NCBI GenBank assembly: GCA_964016885.1
Contig: OZ024740.1
Location: forward strand, 98,704,001-98,768,000
Direction: 5' to 3'
DNA length: 64,000 nt
Source of the DNA: Eledone cirrhosa
Taxonomy: Eukaryota
Shown here: piece by piece, positions 1 to 13,888 of the stretch
How the letters are laid out: every line of letters starts with the position of its first letter
Numbering within the stretch: position 1 is the first letter of the stretch
Position numbers and translations under genes: made by a program
The notes under the pieces: model-generated
Databases searched by the model: none
What the model was told of the DNA's origin: nothing
Seen by the model: the letters and a program-made list of their open reading frames with translations, nothing else

Positions 1-1810
1 CATCAGTCCTAACTGAATACACATATGACCACCTGATAACAAATGACCTATCTCCCATTGAGCAGAAAGGGTGTAAACGAGGCTCATATTGCTGTAAGGA
101 TCAGCTTTTGGTTAACAAAATGATACTGGAAGATTTTCATAATAGACACAAAAATCTATCAATTGCTTGGATAGATTATAAAAAAGCATTCGATAGTTTG
201 CGACACAGTTGGATTGAAAAATGTTTAGAGATTTTCAAAATATCTCCCGTTGTCAGGAGGTTTTTGTCATTCAGTATGAAGACATGGAAAACGACACTCC
301 TTTTGAATAGTGAAAAAAAATCACTGGAAGCTGGAGAAGTTAATATTAATTGTGGAATTTTTCAGGGTGACTCTTTATCACCGCTTTTATTCTGCATCCA
401 CTTATACAATTAAGTAAAATGCTCAATGAAACAAAACATGGATATAAAGTCTATGACAAAACCATTAATCACATGTTCTACATGGATGACCTGAAACTAT
501 TTGCAAAAAATGATGAATAATTGCAAGGGCTATTATCCACTGTGGAGCAGTTGAGTGATGACATTAAAATGTAGTTTGGACTAGATAAATGCGCCAAAGC
601 AACGTTCACCAGAGGAAAGCTGCTGAAAAGTTCAGACATTAATCTTGATCAGGGGAATGTGATAAGAGAACTTGATCAAGAGGAAACTTACGAATCTCTA
701 GGTGTTTGTGAAGGAGACGGAATCAAGCACTCGACAATGAGGGAAAGGATAAGGAAGGAATGTTACCGCAGAGTAAGAGCAATCTTAAGAACGGAATTGA
801 AAGAAAAGAATAGGATCGATGCCATAAACACGCTTGGCATACCAGTAGTAACCTACAGTTACAATGTCATCAACTGGTCAAGCACAGCGATCCGTAGGCT
901 CGATACAAACATTCGAAAATTCTTAACTATGCTCAGAATGCATCACCCTAAGGCAGATACAAATAGAATATATCTCCCTAAGAGGACATGGGTTAATCGA
1001 TTTAGACATTGCGTTGAAAACTGCAACAATTGGATTATCTACATATCTAAGGGAATCACATGATTGGGTGATCAAACTTGTTTTGAAACACGAAAGCATC
1101 AAAAGATCATATTCCATTACAAAAGATGCACAAAGATAGGGTAATGGACTACAAATTTCAGAAGTCCCATTTACTGCTGAAATGGAAAACACAGAAAAAG
1201 CAAAGCAGGTAAAAGTAACTGCAAAGAAAGAACTGCTACAGAAACTGGCTAAGAAATGGCAAGAAAAGCCTCCGTATGGAAAATACCCAGAACGAGCTAA
1301 CAATCCTGATGTTGACAAAACTTTAACCCATCAGTGGTTGCATCCTCTGGATTGAAATCGGAGACTGAAGGACTGATTATATCAGCACAAGATCAGAGTC
1401 TGCCAACAAAAGATTACCAAGCCAGCATAATAAAAATGGATGCAGCCCATTATGCCGTGTATGTAAAAAACAACCAGAGACCATTGACCATATAATTTCA
1501 ATGTGCAGTCCTATAGCTCCAACCGAATACCTAAACAGGCATGACAGAGCTGCACAATACATACATTGGATAATGTGTAAGTATTTTGACCTGCCCCATA
1601 AAAAGAATTGGTGGGAGCATCAACCACCTCCCATGCTTGAAAAAGATCACATCTCAATCTTGTGGAACTTTAGCATCCAAATAGACCGAAAAATAGATGC
1701 AAATAGACCTGATATAATATTGAAGGAGTTTAAAAAGAGGGTATGCTTACTAATTGATATGTCCGTTCCAATAGACAAGAATGTGTCTATAAAAACATTT
1801 GAAAAATTGA
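1..1810 (+). mobile_element. Degenerate R4/Dong-clade (RLE) non-LTR retrotransposon, copy 1: RT plus CCHC/RLE region, truncated
   Basis: ORF pieces 108-413, 659-1063 and 1501-1848 carry IAWIDYKKAFDS, GIFQGDSLSPLLF, FYMDDLKLF (~478-500), CRVC..ETIDHIISMC, RHD, and the PD..D RLE motif (NRPDIILK..CLLIDMSVP). Multiple stops and frameshifts. Confidence 0.9.
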
Positions 1811-4550
1811 AACAAGAAAGATCAGAACTTGGTGGAAGAAACGACTGAATGGTCAAATCAGGGTTATGAGATATGACATTGGAAAGCTTGAGTCCTTACT
1901 GAATGGGACATTACAAAACATAGACACTAAAAATAGATTGGAAATAAAGTACAAAACTAGGAGGAAAAAGATAAATATCATCAGAGAGGAACTGAAGCAA
2001 CGCATTGTAGCAAAGCGTGCAAAGATTAGGTGGTATGAGAGCAGAGTCAGTCAGTATAGACAGAACCGCATGTTTGACAGCAACCAGAAGATGTTGTTTG
2101 GACAGCTTGAAGGGAAAGAAAGAGGCTACGACTTGATCCCTGAGACGGAACAGACTAAGACATTCTGGAGAGGAATATGGGAGCAGGATGTTAAACATAA
2201 TATTCAGGCAGTGTGGATTGAGACAGTACAAAAAGGAGATTAGTGAACAAGCACACCAACAAACTGATTTGAGTATCACAGTTGAAACTCTTAAAGAGCA
2301 GGCCAAAAAACTAACCAACTGGAAATCACCAGGCCCAGATGGTGTGCAGGGGTATTGGATTAAAAATATAACATCCCTCCACCCGAAACTGACAACCATG
2401 TTCAATGACTGCTTGATGTCAGGTGAGGTACCAGAGTGGTTGACAAAAGGTACCACAGTTCTGGTAATGAAAGACCGAATCAAGGTTAATGATGTTACCA
2501 ACTATAGACCTATCACATGTCCGTCCATAATGTGGAAACTGTTAACAAGCATTGTGTCTGAGGAAATCTACCATCACCTCCACATAAACAACTTGTTACC
2601 GGACGAACAGAAAGGATGCCGAAAGAAGTCCCGTGGTACAAAGGACTAGTTACTTATTGATAAGATGGTAATGAGGAATTGCAAGAGGAGACACACTGGT
2701 CTTGCCATGGGATGGATAGATTACAAAAAGGCATTCGACATGGTACCTCATTCTTGGATAACCAAAAGCCTAGAGATCTTCAAGGTAGCAGATAACATCA
2801 GACAGCTGTTGAGCAAAAGTATGAAGTCCTGGAAAACAGAGTTAACATCGGGTGGAGAATCCTTGGGAAGCGTGATGATCAACAGAGTTATCTTCCAGGG
2901 AGATGGTTTGTCCCCTCTGTCGTTTTTTTCTTGCCCTGATACCCCTGACCATTATATTGCGAAAAGTGAGAGCAGGATACAAGTTGGGAAAATGAGAGCT
3001 TACCATCAACCACCTACACTTCATGGACGATCTTAAACTCTTTGGGAAGAGTGAGAAGGATTTGGATGTACTTGTTGACACTGTCCGTATTTTCAGCAAT
3101 GATAGATGTATCGAATTTGGTATTAATAAGTGTGGATTCCTAGTGCTGAAGAGGGGTAAATTGAGCAGAAGCAACGGAATCCAGGTACCAATAGGTGAGA
3201 TGATAAAGGAAATTGACACCGAAGAAGGATACAAATATTTAGGTGTTCTGGGGGCAGTTGACATCAAGAAGAAAGAAATGAAGGAATTGATAAGATCTGA
3301 GTACATTAGGAGAGTAAGGAGCGTATTAAAATCACATCTTAATAGAAGGAATGTCATAAGTGCAGTGAATTCCCGAGCTGTGTCTATTATTAGGTACATG
3401 CGGGAATTCTGAAATGGAATGTTGCTGAACAAAATGAAATGGATAGGATGACTAGGAAGCTATTGACTATCAACAACATGTTCCACAAGAGGAGTGATGT
3501 CGATAGACTTTATTTAAAGAGATGTGAAGGTGGAAGAGGTCTTATCAGCATAGAGGACTGTGTTCAGATGGAGAAAAACAACCTGCACAAATACGTGACT
3601 GACAGTAGGGAGCCAATGCTCAAAATTGTACTGAAGGAGAAGACAATAGACCAGGAAATGTCCAAGGAGGAAATAACAACAAGGAGGAAGAGCAACCTTC
3701 ATGAAAAATTCCTTCATAGTACCTTCTTTAAGAAAACTGAATTTAGATATCCACAGACATGGAACTGGTTAAAAAGAGGAGATCTTAAAAAGGCTACAGA
3801 AGGAATGCTAATGGCTGCGCAAGAGCAGGCCCTCAGAACGAAGTGGGTGAAACACCATATTTACAAGGATGAGTCTAGCCCACTGTGTAGGATCTGTGGA
3901 GAAAGAGAGAGGAGACTGTGGCTCACATTGTATCCGAGTGTAAACACCTAGCCCAGACTCACTATAAAGGCTTGAGACATGATGTGATGGCAGAGTGATC
4001 CACTGGCACCTATGCAAAGTAAAAAATTTACCACATTCTGAGAAGTGCTATGAGCATAAGCCAGAGTCGGTGATAGAAAACGATCAGGTGAAGGTGCTAT
4101 GGGAGTTTAGCATACAGCCGGACAAGAAATTAGAACACAATAGACCTGGTGGTTTTGGAGAAGGAAAAAAGATTGTGCCTCATTTTAGATGTAGCCTGTC
4201 CATTTGACACGAGAGTGCAAGAAAAGGAGAGGGAGAAAATTAACCGATACCAGGACTTAAAGTGGCAGGTAAAAAGGATTTGCAACTGCGATTAAGTTAG
4301 ATTCGTCCCAATTGTCATAGGCACACTAGGTACTATCTCAAAGAGTTTCCAACGATGGTTAAAGAAGATTAGTCCAGACCTGCTTTTTGGATCACTTCAA
4401 AGGGCATGCTTACTGGGAACAGCAAGAACCCTCCGATACGCCTGAATATCTGAGGCTGCAGGTAACGGCTTGATATTCATTTCAACAAACTTTACAGTTA
4501 AATAACATCAATGACTGAGACTCAAAGAAAAATAATAATTAATAATAATA
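1811..4550 (+). mobile_element. Degenerate R4/Dong-clade retrotransposon, copy 2 (different family), 5'-truncated, ending in (TAA)n
   Basis: NWKSPGPDGVQGYW, NYRPITC, EQKGCR, WIDYKKAFD, IFQGDGLSP, MDDLKLF, GGRGLIS, MAAQEQAL, CRIC and HNRP motifs across ORFs 1866-4207. C-terminus QRACLLGTAR to ~4452, short 3' UTR, then an aataat tail at 4531-4551. Confidence 0.92.
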
Positions 4551-4732
4551 ATTGTTTTGGCACAAGGCCAGCAATTAACCAGTGCATTACTGGTACTTTA
4601 TTTTATCGACCCAGTAAGGATGAAAGGCAAAGTTAACCTCGGAGGGGTTTGAACTCAGAATGGTAAGGGCCATAACTCTATACGTCAAAGCATGGCGTCC
4701 GACCCTCTACCAATAGTGCCAATCCACCGGCC
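4551..4732 (-). mobile_element. tRNA-derived SINE, family A
   Basis: Minus strand has an A-box-like TGGCA.TAT.GG, B-box GAGTTCAAA.CC, core TTGCCTTTCATCCTTAC.GGGTCGATAAAATAAAGTACCAG and 3' end GGCCTTGTGCC...ACAATTATT. More than 10 copies in the window. Confidence 0.9.
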
Positions 4733-5089
4733 AAATAAAATTAATAATAATAATAATAATAATAATGGTTTCTAAGTTAGGCATAAGGCCTGTAATTTTA
4801 AAGGTTAAAGGGAAAAAACATTTACTTTGACATCTGTAATTGGCTGGTACTTTATTTTACCAAACCTTGAAAAATGAAAGGTAAAGTTCATTTCGGCAGT
4901 ATTCAAACTCAGAATATAAAGAACCCTAAGTGATATGAAGCATTTTCTCTGACTCTATGCCCATTCTACTTTTCCTCCAAAATATCATAATTAATAGATG
5001 TTGATTTGGGAGGCATTGAAAATGATAGCAAGAAATTTGTAACCAAAGCTGCAATATACAGAAAATATTACTGGTAAGAACTTCACACA

Positions 5090-6050
5090 TCTCTCTATAT
5101 ATAAAACAGAGGATGTCTGTCTGTGTAAATCGCTAAAACTCGAGATGTACCCGACCGATTTTTTTCAAACTTTACACATGTGTTACTTATATTTCTTGAA
5201 GTGCATTAGGTGATAAACCGCATTTTTTAGGCATTTTTAGGTTTTTTGAGGCGTAACTTAAAGATAATCCAGCCGATTTCCTCGAAATTTGCAGCACACA
5301 TTAGATATTCTCCTTGCATTGCAGTGGACAAAAGAATTTCCGATTCCATTAATGGTTTCTAGGAAATTTACGAATTAGCATTGGGCATTACATGCCATTT
5401 TCATTTTCAATATAAACGCTACATAAACATCGTAAGTAGCGTATAATATTTCGTTAAAAATGTGGTCTATTAACAGAGGACACAACACTTACTTACTTTT
5501 AAGCAGGACCATTTTGGGGGAATTGAGGAAAAGAGGAGGACCTTAAAATTTTTGTCGGCGTCCAGTTGACGCTTTGTGCTTTCATCACGCACAGATCTGG
5601 GCCCTGTGTGCATTGCCGTGTTATTGACACCGTAAAACTCACGTCTATGCTACTTCTACTAAGACCCTTTTTGTTGCACCTACACCGCAGTAAGAACGCG
5701 CTGCACAAGTACGCCGAACAGTGGTTGAGCTAACTCCGCAGTGACCCTTTTTATCGCACCTTTGTTGCCCAGCGTTTGTGCTAATTTTGTCGCACCAGTG
5801 CCGCCCAGCGTTTGTGCTAATTGCACTATAACCCCCTTCTGCTGCAGCTGCGTTGCCTCGCTGATTTCGTCATCTCAATATCCTTACTTAAACGTACATC
5901 CCTACTTGGTTTTCACCCAATTGACTACGTCGTTCCCCAATAATTGCTTAAGGGAATTCAAAAATTACACAGCTACATTCCTCAATCTTTCCATATGCAT
6001 GTTGCTATTTCACGTTTCCTACCCCGTGCAACGCCGGGACCTGCTGCTAG
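5090..6050 (+). mobile_element. Non-autonomous Helitron, family H1
   Basis: A|TC 5' start (TCTCTCTATATATAAAACAGAGGATGTCTGTCTG), subterminal hairpin CCCGTGCAACGCCGGG at 6023-6038, CTAG|T end. Termini are shared with 28460-29993. Confidence 0.85.
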
Positions 6051-6743
6051 TATTATATAAAATATTCCAATACAACAAAAACAACAGAAAATCAAAATAA
6101 ATTATAGAACATGACCAAGGCACATAGAGCTTGACTTGGTCTTTCAAACATAGCTTGCAATAAAAATAAGATTACTGATTAATGATTATGATGGTTACAA
6201 ACTTTGGCACAAAGCCTCATATTTGGAGAAGGATACAGTCAATTAAATCAGCCTCAGTACCTGATTGGAACTTAATTATTTTTTTACTTTCATTATAACA
6301 AAGGGTAAAGTTGATTTTGACTTTTGTGTATTTGAACACAGAAACTAAATGTGCCATAACTAGATAATGCAAAAGTGTCAGAAACTCTTGTAATTATGTA
6401 GGTAATAATAATAACAACAACAACAGCAACAACAATAATGATGATGGTTTCTGATTTAAGCACAAGGCCAAGAGTTTTGGAGAAAATGGAAAGTCGATTA
6501 AATAGATTCAAGTGCATTACTGGTACTTTATTTTATTGACCCAGTAAGGATGAAAGGCAAGGATAACTTTGGTGGGATTTGCACTCAGAACGTAAATGGT
6601 CATAACTCTATGCTGCCAAATCATCCCCAATGGTAATAATAATAACAATAAGCCCCATCTTGTACATTTGATACTCGCATAGAAGAAAAAGTTAAAACGT
6701 GCAAAAATTACAGACCCTTGAAGTATAAAACTTCAATAATAAT

Positions 6744-6920
6744 TGTTTCTACGTTAGGCACAAGGCCAGCAAATACCCAGTGCATTACTGGTACTTTATT
6801 TTATCGACCCCGTAAGGATGAAAGGCAAAGTTAACCTTGGCGGGGTTTGAACTCAGAATGGCAAGGGCTGTAACTCTATATGTCAAAGCATGGTGTCCGA
6901 CCCTCTACCAATCCACCGCC
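6744..6920 (-). mobile_element. SINE family A with 13-bp target-site duplication (TSD)
   Basis: Same consensus as 4551-4732. Direct repeat CTTCAATAATAAT at 6731-6743 and 6921-6933. Confidence 0.9.
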
Positions 6921-7039
6921 CTTCAATAATAATAATAATTAGGCATATTGAGTAGTGCTTGGTAATGCAATGATGAAATGCAATAATAATAACAAGACCA
7001 AGGACAGGAACAAGAACAAGGTGGGTAATGAAAAACATA

Positions 7040-7730
7040 GACAAGAAAGATGTTCAAGCTGAATGCAGAATATATAGGGAGAAAGCAGAGACAGTTGCTA
7101 ATATCATTTCTATGTGTAAGCAGTTATTCCAGAATGATTACTAATAAAAAAGCGAATATCATAAGGTGGCTGCCATGTTGCTATGGAGCTTATGTATGGA
7201 TTTCCATTTAAAGAAAAAACTATGAACATGGAGTCATAAATGAGATGAGAGTGCTAAAGCACAATGAGGTAAAGCTTTTATGGGATTTACCAATTTAGAC
7301 ATTGGTGAAGATTGAGCACAACAAACCATATATTGCTTTGATTAGAAAGGAGAAAATCTATGCTTTCCTTTTGACACCAAAATTGAATGAAAAGATATGA
7401 ATTTGTGCAGATCTAAAATAAGAGCTCTTGAAATGCTGGAGTAATGAAGTGATCACAGTTACCATTGTCCCAGTGGTAATCTGTGGTATTGGCATGGTAA
7501 TGAAGAGCATTGAAAACCTGTCAAATATAGACTCTAGAAGACATGCCTCCCGGGAACAGCTCAAATATCGAGAAAGGTTCTGGACTACCAGCAGTAGCTA
7601 AAGGACAAGGAAGGATAGAACAAAAATTGAGTTACCCTAGGCTACTAGTTGTAGTCAGGTATTTCCTGAAATAACTGACCCAAAACAACATCAGTGTTGG
7701 TTGTGATAAATAGCAAAATAATAATAATAA
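7040..7730 (+). mobile_element. Old R4/Dong 3' fragment (CCHC-RLE region)
   Basis: Translatable remnants CRIYREKAETVANIISMC, VKLLWD and IEHNKP, followed by an (AAT)n tail. Confidence 0.7.
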
Positions 7731-8438
7731 CAATGATCATGATGATGAACATTTTTGCAATTTTTTTGTTTAATTATTTCAGAGGACAGGTGGAATATTT
7801 GATGATATTTTGAAATTCAATAATATTGAATATATATTAAAACTTTGGATACTAAACCACCTGAAACTGCACCTGGTTTGATGTTATGAAGCTGTTTATT
7901 TTAAAATGTTTGTATTTATCTAAAAATCTTCTATCAAATTTTTATATAAAACCTTTGTTAATAATGTTCCAAACACCAACTTAATAATGAGAAATTTTGT
8001 TTTATTACTGAATCTCTTCAAATTGTTGATTATTTTCAAAATCAATTGAAAATCATAGGCCATGTCTTTCATAAGAAATCTGCCAACAAAAAAGTTAAAC
8101 AAAGTTTCACTGTAGGAAGTGGTTATTAAAGCTAGGTACAGACCAAGTACGAAGGTAATTTAATTGACATCGAATATTTGCATCACAGTAGAAAATTAAT
8201 AAGAGTAAAGAAATTAGAATTTGTGTTTTGCAAAGATAATTAATTCCATCTAGCAATGTGATACACTGATTTATAAAATCTTATTGAACTTATAAGGATT
8301 AATAATTCTGTTTATTTTCGTTTTCTATATATAGATAAAATGTTCACCTTCCAGTGAGCTTAGTTCTTGTCCTCAGTTGTGGCTTTCAATCAGGAATTTT
8401 TGGAAAATATGTGCATGAGCATGTTTCTCTTATTTCGT

Positions 8439-8544
8439 GGTGTGTGTGTGTGTGTGTGTGTCTGTGTGTGTATATAATAATGCGCGCCCAGTCCGCGCGT
8501 GTATATATATGTGTGTGTGCGTGTGTGTGTGTGTGTGTATATAT

Positions 8545-8607
<63 letters not shown>

Positions 8608-8637
8608 GAGAGATAGATAGATAGAGAGAGAGAGAGT
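8439..8637. repeat. Compound (TG)n/(TA)n/(GA)n microsatellite
   Basis: Read directly from the sequence. Confidence 0.95.
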
Positions 8638-8767
8638 TTATACCTAAATGAGAACTTACATTGAAAGATTGAAAGCCTAATAAATATTTTATTAGTCATA
8701 TATAAAGTTGGAACCAACAAACATTGTCAAAATTGTTCAGAATTATCATTGAGTGAATAAAAATGTA

Positions 8768-9008
8768 TTAATCCTTTTGGGACCATATGTCTCATAAAAT
8801 ACACTCTAATTCAATCAATTAATGAAAGATTTTCATAGATTTACTAAAATGATTAATCATTTTATTACTAAGATAATACTTTAAAATGTGGCTCTTACAG
8901 AAAATGATGCTGGAAGATTTTATTTTAAATAGGAACCATTTAAAATGGCTGGTTTTCATTCATAGAACCAAAAATGGTTTTGGCAGTGGTGGTAGCAAAA
9001 AACGTTAA
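8768..9008 (+). mobile_element. TTAA-flanked ~240-bp MITE (piggyBac-like); related copies at ~16651-16885, 17527-17766 and 40287-40559
   Basis: TTAA-(T/C)CCTTT ... GTTAA ends. Shared internal blocks such as ATTTTATTACTAAGATAATA and TTCATAGAACCA between copies. Confidence 0.6.
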
Positions 9009-9269
9009 GCACCTCTGAGAAAGATATGGTCTAACTACTGACACCAAAATGAAATGAGAATAGTTTCCTTACAAAGGTGTGATATAAGAGACCAGCTATC
9101 ATTTCATACAATGTTAACTCTCCATTTTACGGTGATTCTACCTCAGTCAATCCGACTTCACAACTTCCTAACTTCTCCTTGATTGATCAACCCCACTCCT
9201 CCCTTAAATGCATCTGTTATCTGTGTGACTTACTGGCCTACTGCCCCACTTCCACAAGTTCAACTCCTT

Positions 9270-9650
9270 CTATTTATCTGTTCCTGAACCTCGTGCCATA
9301 CCTGTCCATTCATCCTGAATGCTACTTTCTTACAGGACCTAAATCGTCTTCCATGATCAATTCCCCTACACACCAGAATTCAATATTTATTGCAGCAAAT
9401 GTTGACTGCAACGAGCTATATATAAGCAAACTGACTGGAGACTAACCAATAGATTTAGTGAGCATCATTGGTGAGTCCAACAAAACAATACCAGTTCATC
9501 TACCACATTCATTTACCTAACCATACATCTCTTCACCCCTCTATCTACAATATCAAAATAAATGATTTTTCTTTAAATTCTGGTTACAATTTGAAAAGCA
9601 ACACATTTTATACCTCAGAACAACTTATCCCTATGGGTTAAAAAACTGGC
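9270..9650 (+). mobile_element. Decayed Penelope-like GIY-YIG endonuclease fragment
   Basis: Remnants PRCHTCPFI, LTGPKSS, C..C.ELYI.K..W RLTNRFSEH across frameshifts. Confidence 0.6.
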
Positions 9651-11375
9651 TTACATTCTCGGATGTGTTTAGGTTCTTAATGTTGAGTGAATCTGGAAGG
9701 CTGACAAATGAGCACTGAAACCTACTGTTATGAGTTCCATCATGAAATATTTACTTTCGAATCAAGTGTATTATGAAATATGCTTTTGATTCATGGAAGT
9801 AAATATAATCTTAATGTAAAAAAAATGTCTATAACCAATTCAAAATACTATAGTTACAAATGAGTGAATTTCAAACAAGAATGTTTTTATTGAATAAGTT
9901 TCACTAAGAATTAATTTAATATAAATAATGTTTAAGTGGAGACACGAAATAAACATGAACTTTTTTGTGAAAATCTAAACAAATGGGAAAAATACCATTC
10001 TCTTTGTATAGAGGGAAACATTAGAAACTGCCATTACATGTTTCATGACGACTTGGGCATTCATCAATATACAAGCAGACTTATTCTTCTGTCCTCAAAA
10101 AAGATATAACCAAGTGTGATTTATTTCAAACAACTTAAGACTTGACTGCAATTGCCAGCCTAATTTGCATAATATGCATTTGTCAGTGGTATAATTAATT
10201 AAACAATAAATATTTATGCCCATTATAGCATATATCATCCTCATCATCATCATCATCATCATCATCACCATCATTGTTCAACGTCCATATTTCCATGCTA
10301 GCATTGGTTAGAAGAGTTGTCCCTTTGAGACAAGCTGGACCAAATTACTGATTCTGGTTTGGTTTCTACTGCTGGATGCCTTTCCTAATGCCAAACACAT
10401 TTACAGTGTGTACTCTGTACACAACAATTATGCAGTATGGGCAGGGTGCTTTTTGTCATGTCACCAACACAACCGTTTTTCAGTGTTGACTGTGGTGGTG
10501 CATGGGGAATGGAGAGATAGATCTAGAGTGGGGTGTTAGGATGTGGGAGATGTATGGAATGGGAGGGAGTGGAAGGTGGGGCATACTATATGTATGCTTC
10601 AGAAATTCTAAATAATTATGAAAAAAATTGTCATTCTCTTCATCAGTCATCATGTATTAGTAAAAAATAATATAAGGTAGTGTGACTGATGCAGTGAATA
10701 TCATTAACTGGTTTTCTTTTACTATCTCATCTGAGGGTCAGAGATGAGATATTTTATTCAATAGATGCTATGAACATTGATATCCTTTGTTTGTTTTGCT
10801 ACATACATATATTGAATGAAATATTTTGCAAGCTGACAACTAAATATTATCCTTGAATCATACAGAGTTGCCTTTTTGTAAATTTGTAGTGGTTCAATTT
10901 TGTAATAACATGCAACGCTTGTTGTGATGTGACAGGTTCAACTCACCTGTCATACATTCACTACCAACAAATGAAATTCACCCTAGAAATCCTGAATATA
11001 TAGATTAAAATATAACTTGTTAGTTAATACATTGCAATTCAATTTTGGACGATTATTGCCAAAAGAATAGTAGTCACAATTTTCAAATCAAGTCAGCTTA
11101 AAAGATGTATATGATATATAGTGCTGGTGCCACAAAAAATGCACCTAGTATTACCAGTAATGTGGTTGGTGTTAGGGAGAGCCATTGAAAGGAAGAGCTC
11201 AGTATGGAACAAAGGAGCAAGACATGGTTATCTGACTAGTCAGTCTGAGAATGTGACAACCCATTCAACCCATCCAGCCCACATCAGCATAGAAAGTGGA
11301 TGTAAAATGACGATGATGATGATGATGATGATGATGATAATCATGATATATATATTTATATATATTAAAAAAAAT

Positions 11376-11559
11376 AATTGTTTCTACTTTTGGCACAAGG
11401 CCAGAAATTATCCCAGTGTATTTCTGGTACTTTATTTTATCGACCCCGTAAGGATGAAAGGCAAAGTTAACGTCGGCGGGATTTGAACTCAGACCACAAA
11501 GGGCCGTAATTCTTTGCTGCAAAGCATGGCATCCAACCCTCTACCGATACTGCCAATCC
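11376..11559 (-). mobile_element. SINE family A
   Basis: Matches the family A consensus (core, B-box, 3' end). Confidence 0.9.
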
Positions 11560-13009
11560 TGAAACATTTTGTGTACAGTGGTCAGGTGCACTACAATATA
11601 TATATATATATATATGCACACACACACAAAGATATATACACACACGCATCAAATAAGAATATATAATATACATATACATGTATATAAATATATATCATCA
11701 TCAGCATTGTTTAACACCTATTTTCTATGCTAGCATGGGTTAGATAAGTTGTTCTGTTTGAGGCAATTCAGATCAGGTGACCGTTTCTTGCTCATACAGA
11801 ACTATTTCTATCTTGGCTTCTACAGCTGGATCCCCTTGCTTAAGCCAACCACCTTTATAGTGTGCTGGGTGCTTTTATTTGTGACACCTACACAATCACT
11901 TCACTATTCTCTATTACTGAATAATGCCAAAGATTTGGATCCTGTGTCATTGTCTTTGAGAGGTGCAATTGTGTAAGGTCAGCATTCATCACCTCATTCC
12001 AGGTCTTCCTACTCCAACGTTTCCATCGACTTTGCTTGCCCTGCACCTTTTTATACAGTTGTCATCCTTCATACAGCTGTATAAAAATGTTAATTGTCTT
12101 GGTTTATTAAAATAATTGATATCACTCTTATGCTTTGAAGCTGCATAAGGGAATTTTGGCATGTGTTTCAGTTTATTATTCTAAAAATGTATTTTGCTAA
12201 CATCTCCCATCTTATGAATATAATCATCATCATTTCACGTTTTCCCTGCTAGCAAGGGTTCACATACACAGAATTCAAAATACATACAATTTATTAGAAT
12301 AATGCAATTTAGTATGATTAAGAATCATAATCAATATTTTTCTGTTATGCATAGAACATAGAGAATACTTGTAAATGTGTAACTGTATTCATTCTCTCTC
12401 CTCATAATCATTTAGACAAATACATATTTCCTTATAATAGAGTTATCTTAAATCTTTTATTCATGATTTCAATAGCAACTAAATATTTTGTCATACTCAA
12501 TACTTTCACCATACAATTTCTGGCTAAGACAAACACAACGCCACTAACAAGAAGGAAGGTAAAAAGAAAAAGTGTAAGAGACAAGGTGGAGTGGGAAAAT
12601 AAAAAGTACATTTAGGAAGAAATGTATCTGAGACATCTTTAAGGAAGAGATACATGTGTAACTATGTCATATGAGGTAATACATTATATACAGAGTGATA
12701 CACATGCTTAGGTTGACTATGAAGGAGTGATGTTAGAGCTGGGAAATCCTGCATGCATTAATTTCAACTTTTCTTATTAATAACAGTTGCATTTTTTTCT
12801 TTCCAGATAAACTGACATCTGACTGTTCAAAGAAAACTTCAAGAGTAACTAGTAGTGACTTCTCTTGAAAATGGTTAAATTACAACATCACGGTTTCAGC
12901 AAGTGCCAGCAAAATGAGGGTTTAGTCCCCAAGGACATTCATATTGACATGGTTGCTACATTAGGGTATAATGTTCAACCTTAATCAACATTGTAAAAGT
13001 AGGTAGCTG

Positions 13010-13555
13010 AACATTTTCCCAATCTTTGCAGGTCCTCTGCGTGCAGTGTTCTAGGTCTTGCTAGCATGCAACATTCTGCCTATAAAGACTGCCTTTCATT
13101 TTGAGGGAAAACCCTTTTGTAGTAAACAGTGGTAGTAATTCCCTGAACTTTCTCCAACCAGTTCTCACTCTGGCTACTATGCTTTCAGAACACCCTCCTC
13201 CCCTCTTAATTTGGTCGTGCAGGTAGCAGAATATATCTACTACTACAGACCCTTCTAGGCATTTGAAGGAGATTGTATCCTTGGAGCTCTTGCTACTTAC
13301 TATCTCTGTGCACCGACTACATGTAAAACATGCGTTCTTTGGTAGCTTACCTGAAATCCCACTACATCTTTTGTGTACCCATAATTTGCATTTGGGGCAG
13401 GGGTTGGAATTTCTACCTACTTCCTTTCTGCACACTGAGCAAGGTCATTTCCCTGAGGAGATCTGGGCCCTGTTTTTCTTTCTACTTACTAGAACTTTAG
13501 TCTTTGCCAAGTTGACTTTAAGAACTTTTTATTCTAGGACATGCTTCCAGGTTAT
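13010..13555 (-). mobile_element. RTE-type LINE fragment with a PHD-like finger after the RT
   Basis: ORF 13061-13435: CRKEVGRNS..C.KCKLWVHKRCSG...C..C, FCYL.D, GGGCSESIVARVRTGWRKFRELLP. Confidence 0.85.
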
Positions 13556-13888
13556 ATAGATATAATTGTGTGTTAAACAGCTGAAATATATGATGGATTG
13601 TACTTGTATCTATACAATACAGATAAACCAGACTTTATGAATGTGTAAATACTCTCTATGTATATTTCTATACATAATCCTGCTGTCTTGGTTACATCTA
13701 TACAGATGTAAATCCAACATAGACATAGGTTTCTTAGCACAAAACTTAATATATATTAGAAATAACTACAAACATTAACAATAATATCATGCAAATTAGT
13801 CCATTTCAGTAAATACTATAAGTAATAGTGTATATGAAACCCTCATTTACATATTTCTTTATTGTTGTTTAGATGATATACCACTCAC

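Noticed and set aside
4531-4760. R4/Dong as the partner LINE of SINE family A
   Set aside because: The R4 tail is (TAA)n in sense orientation while the SINE ends in ATT, and no shared 3' sequence is visible. Co-location is explained by target preference.
7783-9800. Possible + strand exons at ~7783-7875, ~8335-8410 and ~9673-9797 (also an acceptor at ~12807)
   Set aside because: AG/GT sites exist, but the frames contain stops or do not join into a recognisable protein. There is not enough support without RNA data.
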